DNA of 64,000 nt from NCBI GenBank assembly GCA_040285855.1, contig JAUFOQ010000006.1, positions 1,178,001 through 1,242,000 on the forward strand, read 5' to 3'. A program made the translations under genes and the position numbers. The notes below the pieces were generated by a model. It was given only the letters and a program-made list of their open reading frames with translations. It searched no databases and was not told where the DNA came from. Below, one piece after another: positions 49,473 to 61,084 of the stretch. Source of the DNA: Eukaryota sp. GEM-RC1. Lineage: Eukaryota. How positions within the stretch are numbered: the stretch's first letter is position 1; every line of letters starts with the position of its first letter.

Positions 49473-49787
49473 CTAAGGATATTTATATCTTTTTCTCCGT
49501 TCAATTACAATCTTGTGTGGGTTGCCATACTCGTCATAAAGAGTTCGATGTTCTCTTACAACCTCATATTCACTAGAAGATTCGGTGGGAGCTTCCTCAA
49601 TCACTTTCTGATGATGTGAACATTCCTCGCACTCAGTTCCGGTCCCTTTTTCTTCTTTAAATGACTTAACCTCTTGGGGTTCTTGAGAGAACTTCTGCTT
49701 CATTCGATCCCAGCCTCCTACAAAGTCATCTTTGAGATGGTCGAGACTGTCTTGGAATTTACGTTGCGAACGGTCGGGGTCGGACAT
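49473..49787 (-). CDS. Small hypothetical hydrophilic protein
   Basis: ATG at 49787 (MSDPDRSQ); 104 aa. Confidence 0.55.
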   Translation of the reverse strand: MSDPDRSQRKFQDSLDHLKDDFVGGWDRMKQKFSQEPQEVKSFKEEKGTGTECEECSHHQKVIEEAPTESSSEYEVVREHRTLYDEYGNPHKIVIERRKRYKYP

Positions 49788-49877
49788 GATAAAAGGTAGT
49801 AACAAGTGATTATAGATATCTAATTTGCAAAACCTCGTAGTAAAAGGAATTAAAGACTGTGAAAGACTATGACGTCA

Positions 49878-50342
49878 TCAATTGAAGATGGCCATGGGTT
49901 CAGCATTGTCCTGTGTGAGATTGGGAAGGTTGGGACGATCAAATCGTAGGGAGGCTAGGATGGCAGTCAGAATCAGTAGAGCACAATCACCATAGATGGA
50001 CATGGTCAGAGTGGATGGAAAACGCCCACTATAAAAGACAGCATTGTCAGCAGGAAGAAAGCCGTCTGAGAGCACGTGGCTCAGGATAAACAAGGCCCAA
50101 CCCAGTATAAGTAGATTGGAAGCGGAACAGCAGCAACGGATCCATATGGCTAGTAGTAGCGTAAGACGAATGAAGGCATTCATGATACTGACATCAATGG
50201 AGAAGAGAATACCAATTTGAACTAAGCATGCAGATATTAGACCCTTTTCGAACCATTCAGATTGAGTGGTCGACCGTTTGAGAACAGCTTGCCGGCGTAG
50301 ACGAGATGCCAAGGTATGGGATGTTGGATCAAGAGCGGACAT
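49878..50342 (-). CDS. Small hypothetical membrane protein
   Basis: 154-aa ATG ORF with 3-4 hydrophobic segments. Confidence 0.6.
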   Translation of the reverse strand: MSALDPTSHTLASRLRRQAVLKRSTTQSEWFEKGLISACLVQIGILFSIDVSIMNAFIRLTLLLAIWIRCCCSASNLLILGWALFILSHVLSDGFLPADNAVFYSGRFPSTLTMSIYGDCALLILTAILASLRFDRPNLPNLTQDNAEPMAIFN

Positions 50343-50418
50343 CAGCTAATAGCTTAATAATGTCAAATAATAGTGACCCGGTTAGATCACTGGAGGGAGA
50401 GAAAAGTATGTTGAAGGT

Positions 50419-51775
50419 TCAAGTCTTGTCCAAAACTTCTGGTCTACCATTTCCTCTAACATGTTCATCTACAATATGAATCATGTTTAACACAGTGTTC
50501 ACGTTCGGGTTCCAAAGACATCCAGTCACTTTTTGCAAGTGAGGAATCCATGTCCTAAAACTGTTGGTGTTTTTGCTCTTCTGTAAGGTCTGGGATTTTG
50601 AACACAATACTTCTTTTTATTGATTCCATGATCATTTTCCAGCACACATTTAGGGCATCGAGCGCTTGTTCTATATTCATCGATCAGCAGCACTCGATAG
50701 TGATGCTTTTTGAACATAACCCTGTGACCAACATTCTTTGTTGTTGCTTGGTTCTTAAACGTAGTTTGCTTCCAATCTCCCATCACTATCACCGTATTTT
50801 CTGGACCTCCAATCTTCTCTTTGAACTCATCAATCATCTCGATTCAAAACGTTGATTGGCCGTATATCTCTTTTTAGCTTCATTATTCTTATATCGTCTG
50901 ATTGATATTACGGTCCCATATTAAGAGAGAATTCATTCTTAGCTTTGCAATATGCCAAGAAATTATCATGATCAAGGACTTTACTAGAGTGTTTACTTAG
51001 TTGTTTTTCCCACTCTTCATTAGTTTTTCTTCCAATGATCCATGATTTCTTACTTTCTCTGATTAACTTCTCCTGATCTTTGCCAAGAGTTTCTCTTTTT
51101 CTTTGAGGAGCTGTCAATCTTTTAAACTGGAACTTCTTGAGCTCCTTCTTTATTCCTGGTTTCTCAGGTGGAGGATCTTTTGGAGGTTCCAACTTGGTTG
51201 TTCTGTAACTTGCGGCTCTACCTTTGGCTTTGCGTCGTCTTTCATTGTTTAGACGTTTATGGTAGCCACTGTTACCACTCTTTCCATTCTAGCTTACTTT
51301 AAGAAGATTATTTGGGCATCTTGTCTTTTTTGAAGAAGATCCCTTCTTCAACTGACCCCCTCTTACCCCGGGGTCTCCACAGACGATAGAGGAACCCTTC
51401 AGTAATTCTACTGGTACATCTGTGATATACAGGTCGTTGTCTACCAGATTTCTACTGGGCGGACGCTTTCTTCCAATTAAATCGTTTCTTATTAAATTTA
51501 GAGAAACGCTAATTCCATTAGTGCGAATGGAATGGTTAAAGGAATAGCCTTGTTGACGGAAAGCTTTCTTTGAAGTTTTAAAGATCCAACTCCAGTACTG
51601 ATGTTGGTACTTTTCGAGATTTCCATGTAGTGTTGCCTCACTATTCAAAGGAAACCTACCGTCATTGGGAATAAGAATCCGATAGAGAGCACCTGTGTCA
51701 ATAAAGATATGACCAGGAGTTTCAGAGGAAAGGCTTTGTAAATGGAAGGTTTAAAGCACTTCATATCTTCAGTTT
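50419..51775 (-). pseudogene. Fanzor1 (eukaryotic TnpB-like RuvC nuclease) relic, 5'-truncated
   Basis: Ordered motifs across frames: AFPL..PGHIFIDT, FNHSIRTNGISVS, RuvC-I CGDPG, LTAPQRKRET, IVMGDW, IDEYRTSARCPKC, NPRPYR..HGFLTC, CLWNPNVNTVLNM...RPEVL. Two in-frame stops and about four frameshifts. Confidence 0.85.
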
Positions 51776-52440
51776 TTCTCTAATGTTATGCGCACACGGG
51801 CAATCTGTGATCAATTGTCCATTCAAAATCAATCTCTTCAACCAATCCCTCCGAGTCCTGATAGACAACAACAGCTTCATCAGATTTTTCTTCGGTTTCT
51901 GTCTTCTCCTTCAGCTTTTAATGTTCAGCTTTTGAGACATAGTTGGGATATTCACTTTTTTGTATTTTTCTGTATTTTTTAAATTCGGTTTAAAGTTTGT
52001 TTTTGTATTATTTGTATTCTTTCCAGAAAGTTCAGTTTGACTATTCAAGTGGTCATGTGCATGTTTCAGTAATCAGAATAGCAAATCAACCATAAATCAG
52101 TAACATTAAGCTATGAATCTACATAAAAAACACAACATTCATAGTCATCTTCTGCGAAACGCAATTCTTTATGTCCAGTACCTTTGAATTGGTCGTCAAA
52201 CAGATGGACAAATTAATTGAAATTTTTTAATATTTGAGACGTGATAAAAACACGTAATCAATGACACCAAATTTGAGATGATGAAAGTTCCAGATACACC
52301 CGGCAGATGGTAAACACTCAATGTTAGTGGTAAATCAGAATGTAGAATCTGATCATGTCTCAGGATTGAGAGCTAATTACATTGATTGGTGATATTAAGC
52401 GGTAATTCTAATATTTGGACAAATGAAAATTACAAAACCA

Positions 52441-54155
52441 TATAAGAGTTTATTTGCAACAACAAATTAATACATACTAATTCAGAAAAAAACGGGGTTT
52501 ATGATCAGTCAGTGAAATAAATGCATTTGCAGAAGTTAATAACTAACAGACACTAAATAAAGTATCTAAACTATGATCCTTCTGTCCATCACCGAACAAC
52601 TTACCTAAAATTGAATTAAAATATTTGTGCATTGAACGAAACAACGCAAACGTTAACCTACTCAACCAAAAATTTTCATTGAAAACTTTACCATACTCAG
52701 AACACAATTTACCAAAGGAAGTTAAAAAACCTTGTGCAGCTGGTCCAATATTACCGTATATCGACATCGCAAAAGGTTGAAACACAAAAGAATTGTACCT
52801 GTCAACATTCAATTGGTCAATTAAGTGACAGTACTTTGTATTTTTCCTTTTCAGCCACTCCAAGAGCAGAAAAATCATCAAAAATTTTGGAAATTGATCT
52901 TGAATTACAAGGATCAACAGTCGTGAAATCCATGATAATTTCCTGACAAGATAACCAAGGACCAATCAAATCACCACGACTTCTATCAACTTTTGGCTCA
53001 TCAGAAAGATTAGCAAGTAAAGGTTCAATTTTTCCATGAAAACCATTAGCCTTAAACATATCCAAACGTGTATCTCGGATACTGTTGTGAATAATTGATC
53101 GAAAATGAATAAATTGATGACAGTTAACAAAATGATGAAAATTTGAAGCCTTTGAACGACCACAAAGACATGGAGAATGCTTCAAGAGACCTGAAGGCCA
53201 TAAACCTAACCTAAGTCTCATGTTTATAAGCCATCCATGATCCTTAAGATTAAAACAAAATTTTCTTGGCAAACGAGAAACAAAAAAAAGACGCAGCGCT
53301 TGAAGAAATATCATTCAAAAAAGCACAAAAAGCGGGACTCTTAGTCTTAGCCAAGCTAATACGGTTTTTAAGGTCCAAGCTTTCGTGAAACAAAACAAAC
53401 TTCTTCTGTAACTTGCGAACACACAAAGGCAAAGAGAAAATGCTTCTCTGCTGAATTTCTGTTACCCTAACAGGAAATAAATCTGACCACAAATTTGAGT
53501 CAAGACTATCAATTAAATTTTGAAGACTAATGAACCATGCACAAGGTGAGTGAAGTAAAAAATCTTTCGTTTTCCATAATATAGGATAACGATTCTGAAA
53601 TTCAAACAAAAAATTCTTTAAAGACCCCAAAAGGCACAATCACGCATGTACTTAGCTTTCGTGAAACCAATACCACCAAAAGAAGTAGAAGTGAAACAAT
53701 GAGAAGGAAGTGAAGAGTCTTTGTTACCAACCAGATAACTAACAAAATTTGTGCGCAATGAATTAAAATTACGAGATAATTCGAGAGTTAGTTCAGGCGG
53801 TAAACCACGTAAAAAGTGATTAATTTTACCACCAAAACAAACTTGTAGCATAGCAAAAGAAACTTGTTTGCCTACATCTAGATCAACGATTTGGTTAAGC
53901 TGCTGAAAGATACAATTATTCTTATATGATAGAGTCTCCTTAATTTTGTCATGATTACCAATATAAGTGCCCAAAAACTTGACACATTCATCTGAATAAT
54001 TGACAAACGGAATGGAAAATTCCCCAAACTTCAAATCAACTGAAGAACGTCCAATGACAAGACATTTTTGAAAATTAATTGACAAACCAATACTTGAAGA
54101 CAATTCAACAAAACGAGGAAAACTCGATTTAATGACTTCCAAAGGGCCAACCAAA
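52441..54155 (-). mobile_element. CRE-like family D copy reaching into the late RT domain, with a ~45-nt family A tail abutting its 3' end
   Basis: GLSINFQKC, VKFLGTYIG, HFLRGLPP, GGIGFT, zinc knuckle and RLE; frameshifted. Confidence 0.88.
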
Positions 54156-55888
54156 GAAAATGAAAGAAGTTAATCTCTCCACATCAACACGAGAATTGTC
54201 CCTATACAGCTTCGAATAAATGTAACATAAATATTTGGGAATGCTTCTATAAAGAGCGAACATAATTCGATTAATCCATGCAGCGCTAATAAACACCTTG
54301 TCATTAGAATGAAATAAAAGACTAAAATCACTGAAAAACTTAAAACCGGCTGGACCAATATTTTTTTTTGATCTGAATAATTGACAAACGGAATGGAAGA
54401 TTCCCCAAAATTCAAATCAACTGAAGAACGTCCAATGACAAGACATTTTTGAAAATTAATTGACAAACCAATACTTGAAGACAATTCAACAAAACGAGGA
54501 AAACTCGATTTAATGACTTCCAAAGGGCCAACCAAAGAAAATGAAAGAAGTTAATCTCTCCACATCAACACGAGAATTGTCCCTATACAGCTTCGAATAA
54601 ATGGAACATAAATATTTGGGAATGCTTCTATAAAGAGCGAACATAATTCGATTAATCCATGCAGCGCTAATAAACACCTTGTCATTAGAATGACATAAAA
54701 GAATAAAATCACTGAAAAACTTAAAACCGGCTGGACCAATATTGTTTTTTGATCTGAATAATTGACAAACGGAATGGAAAATTCCCCAAAATTCAAATCA
54801 ACTGAAGAACGTCCAATGACAAGACATTTTTTGAAAATTAATTGCCAAACCAATACTTGAAGACAATTCAACAAAACGAGGAAAACTCGATTTAATGACT
54901 TCCAAAGGGCCAACCAAAGAAAATGAAAGAAGTTAAATTCTCCACATCAACACGAGAATTGTCCTTATACAACTTCGAATAAATGGAACATAAATATTTG
55001 GAAATGCTTCTATAAAGAGCGAACATAATTCGATTAATCCATGCAGCGCTAATAAACACCTTGTCATTAGAATGAAATAAAAGACTAAAATCACTGAAAA
55101 ACTTAAAACCGGCTGGACCAATATTTTTTTTTGATCTGAATAATTGACAAACGGAATGGAAGATTCCCCAAAATTCAAATCAACTGAAGAACGTCCAATG
55201 ACAAGACATTTTTGAAAATTAATTGACAAACCAATACTTGAAGACAATTCAACAAAACGAGGAAAACTCGATTTAATGACTTCCAAAGGGCCAACCAAAG
55301 AAAATGAAAGAAGTTAAATTCTCCACATCAACACGAGAATTGTCCCTATACAGCTTCGAATAAATGGAACATAAATATTTGGGAATGCTTCTATAAAGAG
55401 CGAACATAATTCGATTAATCCATGCAGCGCTAATAAACACCTTGTCATTAGAATGAAATAAAATCACTGAAAAACTTAAAACCGGCTGGACCAATATTTT
55501 TTTTTGATCTGAATAATTGACAAACGGAATGGAAGATTCCCCAAAATTCAAATCAACTGAAGAACGTCCAATGACAAGACATTTTTGAAAATTAATTGAC
55601 AAACCAATACTTGAAGACAATTCAACAAAACGAGGAAAACTCGATTTAATGACTTCCAAAGGGCCAACCAAAGAAAATGAAAGAAGTTAATCTCTCCACA
55701 TCAACACGAGAATTGTCCCTATACAGCTTCGAATAAATGGAACATAAATATTTGGGAATGCTTCTATAAAGAGCGAACATAATTCGATTAATCCATGCAG
55801 CGCTAATAAACACCTTGTCATTAGAATGACATAAAAGAATAAAATCACTGAAAAACTTAAAACCGGCTGGACCAATATTTTTTTTGAT
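53990..55888. repeat. Five tandem ~380-bp chimeric units (family D RT segment + family A 3' segment + oligo-A)
   Basis: Unit starts ATCTGAATAATTGAC at 53990, 54371, 54752, 55134 and 55507. Confidence 0.95.
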
Positions 55889-55926
55889 ACACAATGAATT
55901 TATTATTATAAATGTAATAATATAAC
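55880..55926 (-). mobile_element. 47-nt oligo(A)-tailed retro-insertion inside a family A copy (host continues to ~56105)
   Basis: 14-bp TSD GCTGGACCAATATT at 55866-55879 and 55927-55940; AATAAA lies upstream of the A tail on the minus strand. Confidence 0.85.
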
Positions 55927-56924
55927 GCTGGACCAATATTACCAAAAATTGAAATGGCAAATGGAACAAATGAAAACTTAGAATACAGATTTTCATTAAG
56001 CTTCTGCAAAGCATCCGCATAATTTGAACACTTTCGCTGTTCAGCTTTTTCCAGATGAAAATTCGAATCATTCAATATGGAGTCTTGGTAGACTTTTGCA
56101 AACGGGAAATTACAAAATATTATTATGTTGAAAATTTGTATTTTTGTGTATTTTCGTGTATTTTAATTTCGGAGGTGGTGCATTTCCCAACTATGTTTTG
56201 AGGTATATCCGTCAGTACTGATTTCAAATGAACGTTTTATCATTGAGAAATACTTGTTGTGTTGTCTGGGTGTCAACAGTTTCTTTCCAGTTGTGAATGA
56301 TGATTTTGCGTTATATGTAGTAGTTATGTTTGTTGTCTGTACTTATAATCGGTCTCTATGTTTGAAGACTGTTTTCCGACTAATGCTGAGTTCCAAATGA
56401 CTTTTTTAGAAGTGAAATGTATATTGAATCAAGCAAAGTTAGTGGTTTGGATTGCTGAGTCATGGTTTAATTTGGTTTACGTCTATAAAGGCAACCTTTT
56501 GTCACTATACTTGATATTCTTTAGTGAATATAGCTCCGTTTTATTATTATTTTACAGTACAGTGAATTCGGAAAACCAGTCTTGTTTACATGCAGAACAA
56601 TACGCTAGAGGGTCTGTTATTAAAAAAAAGAATAAATTTTTTAAAATTTAGGTGAGAATGGTTAATATATCATGAACCAACTAATTGGCAATTAATTGCA
56701 GCAAATGTGATAATTGCAACAATTCATTGCTCCACGAAAAATGAGAACAATTAATTGGCAATGCAATTTTTCCAAGTCCTGCATAAAGTCAAGCAACTTA
56801 CTTATGTCTGTCTATTGTCTACCATCTTTTAGTTGTGTCACTTGTAATACAACATTTGTAATACAAGATGTTAGTACATGTATAAAGACAGTTTATTGCT
56901 GGAGGGTACATGAATACATATCAT

Positions 56925-58148
56925 AATAAAAGCTATGAAACACTAGACACCGAAAATTCCTGCTCAACAGTACCACAGTTTCTATACAACTTTGTGAAAA
57001 TTGATTTAAAAAACTTAGGCACCGAACGGAACAAAGAAAAAATCAAACGGTTATGCCAAATTGATAAGTTAAATCTCTTATTCTGAAACTTACACATAGA
57101 TCCAAAATCAGTTAAAAGCTTAGAAGCCATTTCACCAATACTACCGAAAATAGAAATAGCAAATGGAACAAATATAAATTTTGAATATAAATTTTGATTG
57201 AGTTTAGCAACATCTTTGGAATACAAATCAATTTTACGTTTTTCAGCTGTTTCTAGGTGATTAAAACCTTTTGAATTCAAGCCATTAACATAAGTTTGAG
57301 CACATGGATCTACTGTTGTAACATCAAGGATAATTTGACTAGAATCAACAAAAGGACCATGTAAGTCACCTCGACGAGAATTATTAATTAAATCAAGACC
57401 CAACTTCCTAAATAAAGGTTCAACTTTGGCATGAAATCCATGAGCCTTAAACATTTCAAATGTAACATCTCTTACAGCATTATGAAGAACTGAGTGAAAT
57501 TGAATATATTTGGGGCAATTAATTACATGTCTAAAAGTTGCACTGCGACGATGACTACAAACGGATTGTGTCGGCAAGAATTCATCTTGGAAATTAATTT
57601 ACCATGTGTATTTAATTTTTTCCTTTCAGCAGTTTCAAAAGCTGCACAAATTTCTTCTAACATTTTGCGAGTTACAAGGATCAACAGTAGTAAAGTCCAT
57701 AATTATTTCTTGAGAGGACAACCAAGGACCAATAGAATCACCTCTACTCTTATCTCTCATAATTAAGACAGACAAAGTAGTTAGAACTGGTTCGATTTTC
57801 CCATGAAAACCATTGCTTTTAAACAATTCTAAACATTGACCACGTAAACTGTTGTGAATATTTGATCTTAAATGAATAAACTTATGACAGTTGACCACAT
57901 GGTGGAAAGAGGCTAAAGAAGAACCACACACACAAGTAGACTTTTGAAGGAGACCAACAGGCCATAAACCCAACCTCAAACGAATGTTGATAAGCCATTC
58001 ATGATCATTTAAATTGAAACTATATCTTTGATGATATCGAGTAATCAAAGTAGAAGCCTCATCACCAGAAACGTCTTTTAAAAAAGCACAAAAAGCGGGA
58101 CACTCAATTCTAGCCAAGCTAATACGCATTTTGAAGTCCAAGCTTTCA
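56925..58148 (-). mobile_element. CRE-like family F (~56925-57560) joined downstream of a family H fragment (~57557-58148)
   Basis: Two sets of zinc-knuckle/RLE motifs; junction at a TTTGT microhomology. Confidence 0.85.
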
Positions 58149-58228
58149 TGACAGTAGAAAAATGAATTTTATGTATATCTGATTGATGACGTGATGTTGT
58201 TCATGAAGTCAGGTAAGATCAAAATGTA

Positions 58229-59364
58229 TTAGTTTTTAAATATTGAAAGTGAAACGGTGGAACAGTGTGAAACCAGGTCCACTTTCCATTCATGATTCTG
58301 AACCTGAATCAACATCCCAAAAACAAAATCACCAGGAATTTGAACACTGAAGGAAGTTGTACAAGTAGAAGGTTTGAAATACGCTTGCTCACCACATATA
58401 CTAGTATTACTAGTAATTGACTTTTTCAAAGACATTTGGGGTGACGTGGTATCAATTAAACGATCGTAGATAATCTCAGAGGGATATTCTAGAGAGATCT
58501 ATGTTGTCTTGAAGTTCCCGCTTCTTCGACAAAATTGGTCAAATGAATTTCGTCCACAACATTACTAGTAATTGATTCCCCTTTAGAAATTGGAGGGAAG
58601 TTTGGATTTGGAGGAGAAAAAGATCCCCTAATGTAGTTTCCGTCAGTTCCAATACAAGGTTTTGGATACTTACCATCTTGGAGCTTACTGATATCTTTCC
58701 ATCCTATAAAATCACTACATGTTGTGCTACCAAGATCATCTAACCGTGTAAATTTAACCGTGTAACTACAAGAAGACAGATTAACTTGTACAAAGCTATT
58801 AGAATGACCAGTATAACCACATTTCTTGATGATAGAATCATTTTTTGATAAAGAAAGTTCTGAACCACAACTTTTAGCTACTAACTGCGGCCTTACAGTT
58901 TCAGAACACGCGACAAAAGATTTAATGTTTAAAACCGATAATAAATGGTTCAAGAACTCTTGGTCGTGGCATTCATTTGCTTGTTCAAAAACAGAAAGTA
59001 AAGAATCAACGGAGATAGAGTAGTGAGTCATGAATTGAAGACAAGCTTTCTTGAGATCTTCCACCACAAAGTAACTAGCAAGGACGTAGAACTCATAGAG
59101 ATTCTCAAGAGTGATCTCTACTGGCTGAGCGTAGAGATAGGAGAAGAAGGAACGAAAAGAAGAGGTGGAGACATTGAGAGAAGAGAAATCTTGGGTTCCC
59201 TGATCATCTGACAAGTTGAGAGCAAAGAGATTGTAGAAGAAGTCCGAGAATTGAGCAATGATGACGGAATGACAAGGGATTTCGATATCAAGAAATCTGA
59301 CAATGAAATCGTGTTTCACAGAAGTCTTACAAAGATTATCACAAGAAAGTTGTATAGTAGTCAT
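58229..59364 (-). CDS. BTB/POZ-domain protein with a rearranged or disrupted C-terminus (possibly a pseudogene)
   Basis: HDFIVRF..IPCHSVIIAQFSDFFYNLF and LASYFVVEDLKKAC. The segment SITSN (TCAATTACTAGTAAT) occurs twice, and the C-terminal part is in a separate ORF (58229-58435). Confidence 0.7.
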
Positions 59365-59543
59365 CTAGTAGATGTACAAAAGGGCTTTTGGAATACAGTA
59401 CTAGTATTGTGTGTTGAATAAAATCAACATCAATAATGAACACAGTTTCCATGTGTTGAATGCACCTTATACCATAGATAGGAAATACAACTTCATGCAT
59501 CTGTATTAATACAAATACAAATACAACGAGTACAAATAAACTA

Positions 59544-59892
59544 CTCTAATTAACCTAATACTAGACCCAAAAAAACTCTTACTAGCATATCTCTTCGTGG
59601 CTAGTAATAGGTAAGGGCTAGTAAAGGAGGGGCTAGTATTCGGTAAAGACTAGTAATTAACTTGAGGTCAACAATCAACAATAAACAGGAGAACTTTATA
59701 CTATACTAATGTTAGATTCGTTACTCATTTTAGCAATAGAAAGAAGAGAGAAAATGGTATTCTACACTACGTGTACTAGTCTGGTACCGACATTAGCAAA
59801 AAAACAATCAGAACAAGGTGGGCTAGTATTAGGTTTTTTACTACCCCTCTGTGGCTAGTAATAGGGCAGGGCTAGTATTAGGTTAATTAGAG
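59544..59892. mobile_element. Tc1/mariner-like MITE
   Basis: TIR CTCTAATTAACCTAATACTAG flanked by TA on both sides; internal GGCTAGTA repeats. Confidence 0.8.
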
Positions 59893-59899
59893 TACTTCT

Positions 59900-60253
59900 C
59901 AGTGAACGCTAACACGTTGAAAAATCGTTTCTAACACGTGTTAACACGTGTTAACATGCGTGTTACGTGTTAGGACGTGTTAACACGCGTGTTACGTGTT
60001 TGCGTTACAGAATTTTTCCTGGTTTCTGGTTCAACGATAAATAGCTCATTTCTTCTACACATACATCCCTACGCTTACTTTACATCCCTGTAGGGGACTT
60101 CTAGAACGGCCTCTTTCATTCTTTTAGCAACAAAACACATTTTTCAGATCATTCAGAATGAAAGAAGTGACCAATATTTGCGTGTTAGAAATCAGCGAAA
60201 ATTCCTAACACGCGGGTTACGTGTCAGGCCGTGTTAGGTGTTAGCGTTCACTG
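59900..60253. mobile_element. 354-bp hAT-like MITE (TAACACG family)
   Basis: TIR CAGTGAACGCTAACAC; 8-bp TSD GTACTTCT at 59892-59899 and 60254-60261. Confidence 0.9.
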
Positions 60254-61084
60254 GTACTTCTATCACGTGAGTGTATTTCAATTGTATTTCAGGTGGAAAC
60301 ATACTAGTATGTGCTACTTTGATAAGACCATTTATAATAATCAACTATACTATGAAGTGGTATTGCGTAAAACTATCTACGTTTCATCGTTTTCACGCCG
60401 AAAGTAGTTGAACTTTGTTTTTACACTATGGACACCAGAGAACGCTAATAAATATTTATATTGCAATATTTAAATAAATATTGGGGAAAATATTTATTTT
60501 GGACTATTTCAGAGGTGCATTTTTTATTGCCTGACATTGCAATATTTAAATATATATGATTGAAGTCATACATATGGAGGTGAGAGCACAATACACACAA
60601 AATTGTCCTGAAATGCAGTTGTTCATCGACGTTAGGTTGTTCTTTCTTTTGCAATTGTTTCGATATCACAGTGCTGTCAGCCAAAAATAATAAGAAGTGA
60701 GGAAAAATAACAAATATATGGACTATATTTCCATAAATCTTTCCATGAACCTATGACAGCGACATTACTGTGCACTAAAGCTGAACTAAACCTAGAAACC
60801 AATCGTCGTCCTTCTGTTAAGCTAAACAGTCTTGACAAACATCTGTATCTCCTTGAAAACCGTGAGTATTGGGACTATACCTTTAGTTAAATACAGCGTT
60901 AACACAAGAAGAAATAAAGGCGATGATGGTGAAGGCGTAGACATTGATGTTGATGAGTTAAGATTGTTTCAGTCAGTATTTTTGTCTTACTAACTGGCAT
61001 CACAACTACGGTCCATATTTATTTTACTAAAATCAGTTTTGCAATATATACAAAAGCAGTTTTTATTGACAACAACACTACAGT

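Noticed and set aside
50908..51291. Stop-codon reassignment suggested by in-frame TAG/TAA in Fanzor and the hAT relic
   Set aside because: Intact host genes end in TAA, TAG and TGA and have no internal stops; the relics also carry frameshifts.
53990..55888. Five similar ~120-aa ORFs as a tandem gene family
   Set aside because: They are out-of-frame chimeras of two retroelement families.
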